Source: Tubulanus polymorphus
Taxonomy: Eukaryota; Animalia; Nemertea
Assembly (NCBI RefSeq): GCF_964204645.1
Contig: NC_134028.1
Location: forward strand, 23,556,345 to 23,620,344
Direction: 5' to 3'
DNA: 64,000 nucleotides
Of the stretch, positions 37,962 to 64,000 are shown piece after piece (within the stretch, counting starts at the first letter, position 1; each line of letters begins with the position of its first letter). Under the pieces are notes generated by a model, which had not been told where the DNA came from, searched no databases, and saw only the letters and a list, made by a program, of their open reading frames with translations. Position numbers and translations under genes: made by a program.

Positions 37962-38268
37962 AATGGGGTACTGGCAACGCTACTGTGGCCAACGAGGATT
38001 CAGTGAGGATCCACCAGGTTCGCTAGTGGCACCGGGTTGCCGCGCTTCAATTTCCTTCTACATTTCAATTCAAGTAAACTTTTCTATTTGTAAATCAATT
38101 TTCAGTGTAATCTATACGGTACTCTGCGAATCTTGTATAGCTATTCGATTACGTGTAATTTTTGGATTTGGAAGCCTAAAAATCGAGTTCAAATTTCATT
38201 GAAAATGGACTGATTTTAAATACGAATGTTTTTTCGTGGCGCCATCTGGTGTTTGCCGGTACCCCGTT
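37962..38268. mobile_element. MITE-like element with AAYGGGGTACYGGCAA TIRs
   Basis: AATGGGGTACTGGCAA (37962-37977) and TTGCCGGTACCCCGTT (38253-38268). Confidence 0.6.
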
Positions 38269-38792
38269 ATGAATGTGTCTGCGTGCACGCTACGGAGGGG
38301 TCAATTTTACAAGACTACGCTCTGTAATTCATGTCAGTATCCGTTGTAAAACCGGGCCTCAGTCATTTTTGTTTCTCAACGTGCTTTTGATTTCAACGAA
38401 ATCATTGCGTATACCGGTATTTTCAATTATTTCTTAAGCATCCAAATCGATTTGTAAACGAACGTTCTTGTTTTTGTGTTGGTAATGATTTACGATCTAA
38501 AGTCTGTGATTAGATATTTATTTTCAATGAATTTCGGACTAGAATATTGTGTAATGTAAGAAAAACAAGGAATTAATTGTCACAACACTAGGAAGTGTTA
38601 AGGTATCAGGTGGAATAATACATTTTGTGGAATAACTGTCCTTATTTTCTTTGACTACTGAATGGTTTCTGAATTAAATTGTTGAATTTTACTTTTAATT
38701 TGTCTGATTGAATGGTCATATTTAACGTATGAGATGATAATATAACAAAAATGATGATAAATAAAACAATAATACATTGAATTTTTGATTAT

Positions 38793-41296
38793 TCACGATT
38801 TATTTAGTTCTGGATTTTTAAAGTCAAACCAGGATGTACATGTACAGTTGTCACTTGTATTACTGATCGATTCATCCGAGAATTTAGGATTTTCAAACTG
38901 ATTTAAAAGTTCCGCAGCACGAGAGTCGATAAGAGCGTTGATCGCCAGTTCTTTTTTCACCGAATCGAAGTTGGATTTGTCGACAAAATTAGCGGAGATA
39001 GCGATTGATTTCTCCAGGTTTTCTACTCGATGAGGACAGCCTGCTGGTACGAACAACACATCCCCTGTAAATACAAACCGTTCGTTCGAATTAAACGGAA
39101 CCTCAGGTCATGAACTTGAGCCTCTCGGTCAGAAACATACCTTCTTGTAGAATACATTCCATAGGTTTAGTGAGTCGCAGTAATGGATATTTGTCGAAGT
39201 CCGGTTCAGATAAATCTACTGAGAAAACTGGATCCATCGAATGCGTGTAATCGGGGTAAAGATATGGTAGATCATCTTTTGAAAAGAACACCCATCTGAA
39301 AAAACATGTAGTCATTATAAACCGAGGATTCTCGTAGTCAAACCAGCTTAACCCTTTCACTAATTAGTACCTAACATTTAACTCTATTTGACAGGTGCAG
39401 TGTACTAGCAAAATCTATCACGATTTATACACCACACAGCGGTGTAGACGTACTGAAAGGGTTAAGTCACATAAGATAAGTCGCGTCACTATTTTTTAGT
39501 CTCAATTTGTACTTTCAATTCAATTCACTAAGTGTAAGTTGTCATTTTGATATTTTTTTTTTCAATATAATAATCGTCCCAACTATTACGACATATGTGT
39601 TAAGAGTTTCACCATAGTAACATAGGGCTGTACCTCTTCTTGCCTTGAAATAAAGCCATCCAAAAGTTTGAACCAAATGCATCGACATGTAATTCACTGC
39701 GTATACCGACTGGGGCGACGAACAGACTCGGCCAGCTATCCTTGTATAAACTGCCAGCCGACGTTCGCTGTAAGAAATCGCCTGAAAAAATTAAGACGCA
39801 TATTCACATCTAGACTCTATCATCATCTTTTATATACGCTAGATAAAGACTGCGACAACCATACCTGAGAAATACCGAGGAATCTTCAAATCTTTCACCA
39901 AATCAGGACAATGTATCGGTAAACTCCAATCGAATAAATAACGATCTATATTTCCATTCGAAATGTAATCGATGAACGCCGATAATTTCATCGATTCAGC
40001 ATCTTCTAATTGAGCCCATTCTGCTGAATCGGTGACGAGCTTCTTCAACGTTACAGGGCAATCTCCTTATAATACAAGAATTATACCGCCCATTGTTTAT
40101 CATTCCACTTGTACGAGGTAATAAGAATTCATCTTAAATTTGTATAAATTACCAGCTAGTTTTTGCAGTCGTTCGATGTTAAACGGTTTGTCCGACATTT
40201 TCGATGCCAATCCAGTAATTATAACCGGCTTGCTTTTCATAGAATATTCCGCAATAAACTCATTTACACTGAGGTCCTCTACAGACCTCCTTTCAACCTG
40301 TAATAAATGAATTCAGAAGTTTTAACACAGATGAATTCACATAAATACAGGGTTACCCAAGCCTTAGTTTGCTCAACTAGAATAAAATACCGGTAATGAT
40401 GTTGGTAGTTTTAGTTCTGTTACTGGAGAACGCTTGTTTAGTTCATCTGTAGCTGATTTCTGAAGACCGGCTATTTCTATCTTCTTTCTTATTTTGTGAA
40501 GCAACCATTTCCATTCTTTAATAAGATTTGACTGCGCATCGCCTACAAAACGAATTCAACTCATCAATTCATGTTTGATTGTTACAACAACACAAAAACC
40601 TTTCTGATTGGACTTACATTGGATTTCAATGGCTTTTGTCAAATAATCACGTGCCTTGTAGAGGTCACCAAGTTTCTCATAGAAAGAACCGATTAAAGCC
40701 AAGGATAAAGAGTCTTCACATTTTCCAGAAGAGTGCAATTCGTCCAATTTTAGTTTCATAAATTCCTGGGTCTCTGGTAACCTATAACAAAACGTTACTG
40801 AAAATAAGTTTTGGAGTCATGTTTTGTAAATTGAAAAAGTTGGTTTGTATCGAACCTACCTGAAAATGGAATTTAAAATTGTGTTAGGGTTACTGGATTG
40901 AGGTAAAGAGTTTTCATATTTTTTTCGCAATGCTTGATTGCGTTTCCACCATTGCGCCACTGTTGCTGTGATATTTGTTGTTTTTTGTTTTTCTTCCTCG
41001 TCATTCTTTATTCGTTTGACATGTTTTGAATCTAATACCACTTCACCCTCCGTTATGAGCGATCTGAAAAAGAGTAGACACAGATTGCCGGACCCGGTCC
41101 GGTGCGACTTGGATGAATAAATTTCCATTGAATTGCTTCAGTTTTATTGTAATTTCTATTCTAACTGACATTTGACCCATTCATACCTCTTCCTTTCACT
41201 CTCCAATTTGCAATCCAATCTTCGATCAACGTCTTCATCACCTTCATCTGAATCTGGAGGCGGCCAACATGTTATTAGCTGTATTCCTTCATTCAT
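38793..41296 (-). CDS. JmjC (cupin-like) 2-oxoglutarate/Fe(II) oxygenase with an N-terminal TPR-like segment
   Basis: About 9 exons. VERRSVEDLSVNEFIAEYSMKSKPVIITGL, YLFDWSLPIHCP, SWPSLFVAPVGIRSELHVDAFGSNFWMALFQGKKRWVFF (HxD), GDVLFVPAGCPHRVENLEKSIAISANFVD (distal His). JMJD4/6/8-like; subfamily not assigned. The start codon is tentative. Confidence 0.85.
39348..39465. mobile_element. Internally deleted piggyBac-like MITE copy
   Basis: TTAACCCTTTCA...CTGAAAGGGTTAA, only about 118 bp. Confidence 0.75.
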
Positions 41297-41524
41297 AATT
41301 ATGTCGAATAAAATATCATTGAATTGGTTAAGGCGGCACAGCCGTGGTGGCAGCACTTGACGGTCGCATTTTCTAATTTGGTAAATGTAGCCTGGCTGGA
41401 ACTTTCGAGTCCGGATTCTGACTCGCGGAGCCTGGCCGAAATCAGACATCACGGAAACCACCTGTTCCGCGGGGATTTCCCATATAATTTGACGGGGGAA
41501 CCCCTTCCACAAAAGAGAGCGAAG
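41297..41524. promoter_or_regulatory. Bidirectional promoter JmjC gene/ECD
   Basis: Divergent ATGs about 228 bp apart. GC-richer than the flanks; contains GGGGATTTCCC and GGGGAACCCC. Confidence 0.65.
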
Positions 41525-56165
<14,641 letters not shown>

Positions 56166-59100
56166 ACGCACATGAAACTGGCGCAAATGTTTAATGTATG
56201 TAAATGGCAGATGTATTAATATGATTGAATAAAAATGTTTGTGCTAATGTGTTAGATATTCGACAGAAAACATACACAAGACTCGCATTGCTACGTATTT
56301 GATGGTGTAAATTGTAAATTGATATAAACTTACAGCTGCTGCAACATTAATGTATACGGTGTTAATAAGTTGTTTGTAATATTATCATACAGCGGAACTT
56401 TGTTATAACTGGAATTCTTGCGAATAAAACAACTTAAAAATGAGGGCATTTAACTGATTTCATGAAATTATAACAATACAGATCTTTTTTTGTCCTTTGA
56501 AGTTGTATTGAAGTTCAACTGTAATATGAATTCTTGTAATGTTTTTCGTGATATTCAAGGCCAGTTTTGACCTTATGGAATTGACGACTTAATTCAATAT
56601 TCAGATATGGGATTGGTCTCCCCTTATTGACTTGCTGTGTTTATCAGATTCGATAGAAGCTTTGTATACGATTTGTAGTTTGCCTAACAATTATTTTAAT
56701 GCTGCCTTATTTATGAATTATGCTCATTCTCTGGTGCTGTTGTTGCTGAACAAAATTTTCAAACAAATCAAATGAAACCCTGCTTAGGTAGGCATTTTAT
56801 AGTATATACGCGATAAAACGAAAAATTGGGAGTAAAATTATTGCTTAAAACAAGTATTGATATTGTCTTAAGAATTAGAACAGCTTTCCGGGTATCCCCC
56901 GCGTTTGCTTATGGCTTAAGAAAGTCTTCCTTCTTAAAAATGAAAATTTGTGATATGATTCTGCAGTAAAAAGTAATTATCCACTAGTTAATACATAGTG
57001 AAAGCTACCAAAATAACTGGTCACATATTTCTTTGAAGATACTCAGACCATGAATTTTCAGAACTTGTTCTGGAAGTGGTCTTGTGCATTTGAAACTTGA
57101 ACACAGTTGCTGCTTGCCTTCCCTGGTCATATTAACTATATATATATATACTATCTGTTTACACATTCCATGCTTCAGTTAGTTTAGCCATTGAATTATA
57201 TTCTATTAAAAGGATTGCCTTTCATAAGTACATACTCCCAACGTATAAGTGCCCTATTAATCTTACAAATTAACCAATGTTTGTAAAAGTTTTTTTTTCT
57301 ATCAGTAATGTGCACAAAGCATTTATATTTAAGTTCGATATATGTAATGTATATTTTGAAGCATTTATGATATTTACAGTAATTATTGTTTGAACATTTT
57401 AAGTATTACTTGATTTGATAGAAGATTTGCTAATTGAAACGTGATTTCAATCTTCTGGAACCAGTTCTACAGTTCAAAATTTTGATGCTTCGACGAATCC
57501 TACAACTGTGAAACTGGATCCTATTTTGTATACTTGAATGCTGTATTTAATGTTATATGTACATACACGTAGCCCTTCAAAGTTGTAGTCATCGTTTAAT
57601 AGTTGAATTTCAAGAATTATATTCAAAAACTTCCCTCTCTTCTTCGTGCATATTTATTTCATGTGTAAAGAATAATCCTTTTTGAGATCTTGAATTATAT
57701 GACACCAATGAAGTATGTTTTTACATCTCTGTATGATCATTTTATTATAGACACATTGTCAAAATCATCTATAGCTGGCTTCAAATAATCAATAGCCAGT
57801 GATTTGTGTGACACAACGATTCCTATGTGCTTTTTAGAATCACTTGTCATGTTCAATCAAACATAATCTTTCTTGTGCCAGTTCGGCTTTTTTGTTACAA
57901 GTATGATAGATATTTGGATTCCCAGTATGCTTTATCATCAGATTCTAATACGCTATGTACAAGGATGATATCATGAACAATAAAAAGTTTGTACCAAATC
58001 TTTAGTTTAAAATTTGTTTGTTAAAGGCTTTTTGAAGCATGAAGGGTTTCCTCTTTCGCAAATCTCCTATCGAGCATTTTCTCGACACGGTGGGACCTCC
58101 TTGCTGTAACGTTCTCAGAAATAACCATTAGCGGTTTTTACAAGCCAAGAATTTCATCCCATATAGGACAATTTCACTGGATATAATGAACTATCCCAGT
58201 TATATATGGTTCCTAGTGGTAAGGCTAAAGCAATTTGCTTTTGCTGCAAAAGCATTTTGCACCTTGAAGTGCGGAAAAAGTGGTGGCACTTTTCTATTGC
58301 CCACAGCCATTCTGCTCAATCATTTTCATCCATCATGGGCAAACTGACTGTATGCCTACATTTGACCAAGATGTAAATCGACGTAATAAATTGCAATAGT
58401 TTCTACCAAGAAGTGGCTTTAAAGTTTTTATTAAGAGAATTTCATAGAATAAAGCATTAGCGTTGATGGAATTAGCAATTGAATCAATTCGCCCGCCACA
58501 GTGAACATAGAGATATTGACTGTCTGGTGCTGCCCCTATATATAACGATAGCGAGAAAAACGAGAACTAACATAATACTCGCTTGCCAAAGTCGTTGAAC
58601 AGCCGAACTGGACAAACTATTTACTGATTTGCGGGCCGGGTTTCCAAGCGAGACAATTGTCAGACTCTTAAAACAGCACTGTAACTCCTTAACTGGCAAT
58701 TTTTCATATAGAAAATTAGTTATTAGTTATTAACGGAGTATTTGTATTTTGATGAATGATCATTCAAAAATGCTATGAATAATGTATTTTGCTATGAAAA
58801 ATTGATTGACAAGCCGATAAGAGTTTTTATAAACAATATACAATATAGATACCTAAAATGATATGGAAATATGATTTGAGGTACCGTTATCCACTTTCAT
58901 ACTAAAACCTTGCCTCTCCTCACATTGAAGATATACAGAGGGACATACAAGTACTGCTGACTCCTTCCTTGCTTTTGAATGAACTTGCCATGTTTGTTTT
59001 CGGAGCATGTTTTAGTCATAGAATATGCGACTGGCTCCATGCTTTATGATCACAGAGAACAACTACCGGCAATACTAAAAATACACCATTATATGGTTAT

Positions 59101-59339
59101 CCAACATCACTTTATTATTATTGAAATTGAAAGGTGTACAATTCAGTATCATTATAGACATCTATATACATAATTTAATGTTAAAATTAGCAACAGAATA
59201 TTTCTCACTAAAATGTTAACATATCTGACATTGAAAGCGGTGAATCAAATTTAAGATTGTGTGATCGCAGCCCACAGAATGTAAATCCAGAATTCGAAAC
59301 TAAAACCAATTTTCTTCCATCAAATAAACCATTCTTCCG

Positions 59340-62300
59340 TTAGATTTTGACAGTAAAGCTCACTGGTTTCGGGGATGGTGTGTTAGCAGTTCGCGCTGCT
59401 GTAACCTTGAATAATGCCTTCTGTACAGCAGCCATGTCTAACTCCATGTATTCTAATGGTTTCAAGTCGGACGATGGCTTGATTTGTCTGCGAAGAAAAG
59501 TAAACATTTCGAAATTACTAAAAGGCGTACCTGAAAATAATCATCGATAACAGCAGCGTGGAAGTATATTTTTAGAGTACTCTAAGCAGCCTGTGGCTGG
59601 ATTCTAAATGTTTTATCATTAATCGACAGGATACACTGTTTAAGGGAGGCTGTTTATGGTATAGCAGGGGTTGATAGCATCGATCATAAACATAAATATC
59701 TTACTTCGCTAATCCTTCGATATGGTCGTCAGGAATCTGAGCGTTAATTGGTGTGACCATTCGAACGGTCATCGGTAATCCGTCTAACTCGCGATTGTTA
59801 TATTTCTTCACCGACATCAACGCGTGTTCTTTCGTATGGAACACGATCTCCGCGACTCCCTTTTTCACAAGTCGTCCTTTCCTCAACGGACCCAGCGCGC
59901 TGAACAACTCCTGTTAATATTATCAACGCACAAATGATGTCAAGAACCGGACGAGATTTTAAACCCCCCCATCGAGGTTTTTTAAATTCTTTGACGTACC
60001 ATGATATCATCCTGTGTTACGATCGGGTGTAGATTGGTGACAAGCACTTTGAATCCTTGCAACGGGCTGATAATGACAACATCCTGAAACAATAATCGAA
60101 AAAATAAATCTTCAATCAAATTTTCGACGACCATAAAACGGTCATAGTAGCATAACATATAAACTCAGACAAAGAGAATAGATAATAAGATGAAATAAAA
60201 TTTAGACAATGGGCTCTAGAGGGAGAGAGAGAGTCCGAAATGTCATGTCTTTAAGTTATTTCTTCATTCTAATTTTTGATAAAAAAATTTGTTTTTTTTC
60301 CCGTATACAACCTTGTAAAATCTTAATAAAACGTTCTAGATGGCCATAATTCCCCAGATTTCTCATCAATTCTAAACTTGAAATTAATCCGATAATTAGG
60401 TCTCGCAATACATACCTCATCCTCGGGTTTCTTCAATTCCTTTACGGCAGCTTTATGAGTTCTAGTTGTTACCAACGGTGGTTGCTTCGCGGCGGGAGCA
60501 GGTTCCATGTACTGATCATTCTGTATGCGAATCAACGGTGAAAATCCTGGATCGACTACGTCACCCCTACTACTAGCGATCTGATAATGAAATCAAAAAT
60601 ATTATCATCCCAACTTCTCACTGCTTACAAATGGAAATTTCGCTGAAAAGAACGCTAAGGACAGTTTTGATCGGACAACTAGCAATTCTGGATTACAAAC
60701 TCTCTTCTACCAGGTTTATAGATTACACGATTCCGGAATAGTTAGAGCGTATTTTGGTCGAAACAAAGAGAGCATTCCAGGCTCAGCATCAAATAGAAAC
60801 CTGTCCAAAACCTACATTTGTCTGTTGTTGACTGACGGGTCGAGTGATAACGAAGTTCTCTTTCGGTGAATAAGATTCAGCGTCCATTTCATCAGTGAAT
60901 GTAGAACTGTTATTACCGATCTGAAAATAGTAGGTGAATATCTCACAAATGGCAACGACACAATACTATCAAAACGATTCCTAATTTAGCGGGGCAACAT
61001 TTGGCCCGGGTCAAAAACACATGTGTGATCACGGTTGAGATCACGGAGTCATTGAGAACTGTCTATTTCTTCAAAATAGTGTATGCAAATAGTTTCGGAA
61101 TAATACTTACAGTTCTACTGAATAGAGTCTGTTGAGCAGGTGATGCAGTCATGCTGCTGTATAGACCAGACGTCGGCTGCGAACGAAGTGCCTGAAAATT
61201 AGACAAAAATTGATCGGGCAACCTTCATTGGTTCTGACATGGAATTTCTAATGCGAGTTCAATGAACTTACAGATCTGCTCAAAATACCCATTTGACTGG
61301 GTTTTGTTGCCGATGGAACCTACAAAAAAATAATATACTGTAATTGTTCATGCGATCAGGAATTTTTCACGATATGAACGCCGCATTCTAGGTGCGAGGA
61401 TTATGTGAAAGTCAGAGAGACTTACAGTTCGTGATATTTGACCAATCGATGATGAGGCGCCATTTTTTGATTTATTCAAAGTACCGGCGATTGTTCGCGA
61501 GAGAACGCTCTGTGCTCGTCTATTTACCTGTTGAGAGTGAAAATCATACGTACAAAAAATCTTCACTGAAAATGGTGACAATGGTGGAAAAACCAGAAAA
61601 CAATGAGAAAACATTTTTTGCAATAACTTACAGGTATGGTCCTCGTGATTGATCCGATATTTGTTGTAGGTTGAATAGTAATAAGATTTGGTCGTCCTGT
61701 CGCTGGTGCACTTGTATTTCTCGAAGTTATTGTATTCTTAATAGTTATTTTCGGAATGGTAACGCCACCTGGGGCCGACGTCGGTCGCTGTTGTTTTTTC
61801 GGTGAAACTATTTTCGGCTTATTCGTTTTTTTCGCAGCAAGATTGTTTACGATTTTTACACGCGCATCCGCGAATTTCGTCTTGGCGAGAATTTTCTGCC
61901 GCGCGTCGGTCATTTTACCAAGATTTTTATTCGTTATTTTTACACGCGCGTCGATATTCTTTTTCGTTATCAAATTCAAGTTTTTCCCCTGCCCGCCTGC
62001 TCCGTTCTGCTTTCCCTTTGCTCCGAGACGGTTTTTAATGCTACCAGTCGAGGTAATCTTTGCCGCTAACTTCTTGGCATTAAATTTTGATTTAATATTG
62101 CGGACACCCGCACCTTGCTGCTGCTGCTTTTGCCTGGAGACTGTGACTGGCGAATATTTAAATGCAGATTTTTGCCCATTCTTTTTATTTACAGGGAGCG
62201 GTCTAACAAAGAAAAAATGAGAAATGTATAATTATGACAAAAGATATAGGCCTATTGCAGCAGCCATGAATGAAAGAGAAAGAAAGTACTACTGTACTGT

Positions 62301-62518
62301 GTGTTTTACTGTTGTGTTAGTGTTGTGTACAGTATATATTTCAGCATTTAAAAATGTCACTATTTCGGTGTTAAAAGCTGCAATTTGTTAATGTAAAACA
62401 TTTTGCATAATTTTATCAAACAGAGGAGACGGTTAAAGATATCAGAGCCAGCTTACCTATTCTTAAAACCGCTGAATTTCTTTCTTTTTATATAGTCATC
62501 CAACGAAAGGTCGGCCAT
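59340..62518 (-). CDS. POLDIP3: Polymerase delta-interacting protein 3 (SKAR/PDIP46), RRM protein
   Basis: Start MADLSLDDYIKRK, repeated DARxKI motifs (DARVKI, DARQKI), RRM SPLQGFKVLVTNLHPIVTQDDIMELFSALG...YNNRELDGLPM, C-terminus KPVSFTVKI with stop at 59340-59342. Confidence 0.92.
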
Positions 62519-63039
62519 TTTTCTTGTAGGCTACGCGTTCCACACGTCGATGGCGATGCTGGCGCTGCTGCAGCTCTGCTGCTGCACCGGCGGCTGACGG
62601 CGAAATGTAAACAATAGCGGTAAATATCACAAAATATATGGACCTCCCGTTCTTTATTAACAAAAATAGGGTCTAACGTATGAAGTTATAAAGCAAATTG
62701 CATAATTTGGTAAATTCGGCTACGTTTTAGGCGAGTCCGGCCCGCAACCGGTGTTAAAATTCTGATGATTGACCGTCAAGTGCTGCCCCTATAATCATTT
62801 CCGATGAGGAAAGTGAAAGCAACATTTTTTCAAAAATGAAATTTGTTTAGACATTTTTATTTATTATGACTTTTCTACTGTATCCAAGAATCGGAAAGAT
62901 ATTTTCTGTTTTTAAACATAGATTTTAAACAATGGGCCGAACATTTCCGAGCGGATCCGAACTCGGCAGTTTCGCCATTTTGTTTTACGTACGTCGCTGA
63001 TTTGCAAACTCATTAGAGAACAAAACAGCGGATTTCAAG

Positions 63040-63753
63040 ATGTTTAAACGACCTGCAGAAGATGACAATCAACAGGGTAATCATCAGTTTATTCTCTTAT
63101 TTATATTAAAGCAGCCCTTGTTTCTAAATTCTGTGCTGTTAAAAAGACAAAAAAATGACTGAAAATGGGGCTTCCTTCCTGGTTGCACTAATTATCGACA
63201 TAAACAGTTCTTCACATGCCCTAACTTCATTCATCATATCGATGATTATCTTGTTGGAAAGAAATGACTCGGCAGTATTTATAACGTGAAATAGCTGGCT
63301 TTAATTTAAAAAAACCCTGGAAAACTGTTTATTTAATATTGGAAATGGAGTTATTTTCTTCCGTTCCATATTTCGATAAAGTGTTAAAACGCAATTTGTT
63401 ACTGAAAACCCTTTTAACAGGTCGTGCTGTCTTCAAATCTTTTTTCTGAGCTCTTCTCACTGAAAAAAAACAGCCATTGTAAATCTTCTTTTCTTCCCTC
63501 GCTCTTTTCACTTATCCCTACTCCTCTGCACGCTCTAGAAACAATTAGATATAGAAAGGTCAACGTAACTCAATTCGCCTTTCCATTTCAGTTTACACGG
63601 CATCGACCAACTGGCCTTTAGATGGCGGTAAGAATCGACAGAAAAAGCGTCGAAGTCGTTGGCAAACGGACGAAGTGGATAAAACGTTCATACCGGGAAT
63701 GCCTACAGTTTTACCAACGAACCTATCGAAAGAACAAGAACGACAATATCTAT
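63040..63753 (+). CDS. SF1: Splicing factor 1 (branchpoint-binding protein), first two exons; continues beyond the window
   Basis: Exons 63040-63076 and 63592-63753 give ...RQKKRRSRWQTDEVDKTFIPGMPTVLPTNLSKEQERQYL, matching the SF1 ULM (RSRW) and the IPGMPT segment. Confidence 0.9.
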
Positions 63754-64000
63754 GTAAGTATCCGCATAATAAAGTATTCTATGATAGGTTACGAAAACTC
63801 TGCGGGGCGATTTATTACTGATAATAATAATAATCGATAATTTAGGTGTTTCTTTAAATGATTAATTAATAAAAAACCTCCTTTTTCAACATTAATTACA
63901 GACGTTCTAGTTCAGTTTCAGGCAAACAAACTTCGACTCAAATAATCAAATCTTTTTTCTCCCGATTAATCAGAAAAGATTTCTTGTAGATCGTTCTTTA

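Overview
AT-rich, gene-dense, intron-containing eukaryotic DNA. It looks like an invertebrate animal; the taxon is an inference. I reconstructed exons by hand from GT-AG boundaries and remembered protein families. In order: 3' part of an FBXW10/CDRT1-like WD40 gene (+), CEP112 (-), tRNA-Leu(UAG) (-), eEF2 kinase (+), gamma-glutamyl hydrolase GGH (-), SRP68 (+), a TPR-like/JmjC oxygenase (-), ecdysoneless ECD (+), POLDIP3 (-) and the 5' start of SF1 (+). Three pairs are head-to-head. Introns hold several MITE-like families, including a piggyBac-type TTAA element in six copies, and palindromic hammerhead-ribozyme-like relics. The standout observation is in GGH. The exon encoding the catalytic cysteine is present as three intact, diverged tandem copies (GTCLG, GTCNG, GTCMG) separated by only 43 and 35 nt, with phases that allow only one copy per in-frame mRNA. 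This suggests a mutually exclusive active-site cassette. Other leads are candidate cassette or micro-exons in eEF2K and ECD, and kappaB-like site clusters in two bidirectional promoters. No database searches were run.
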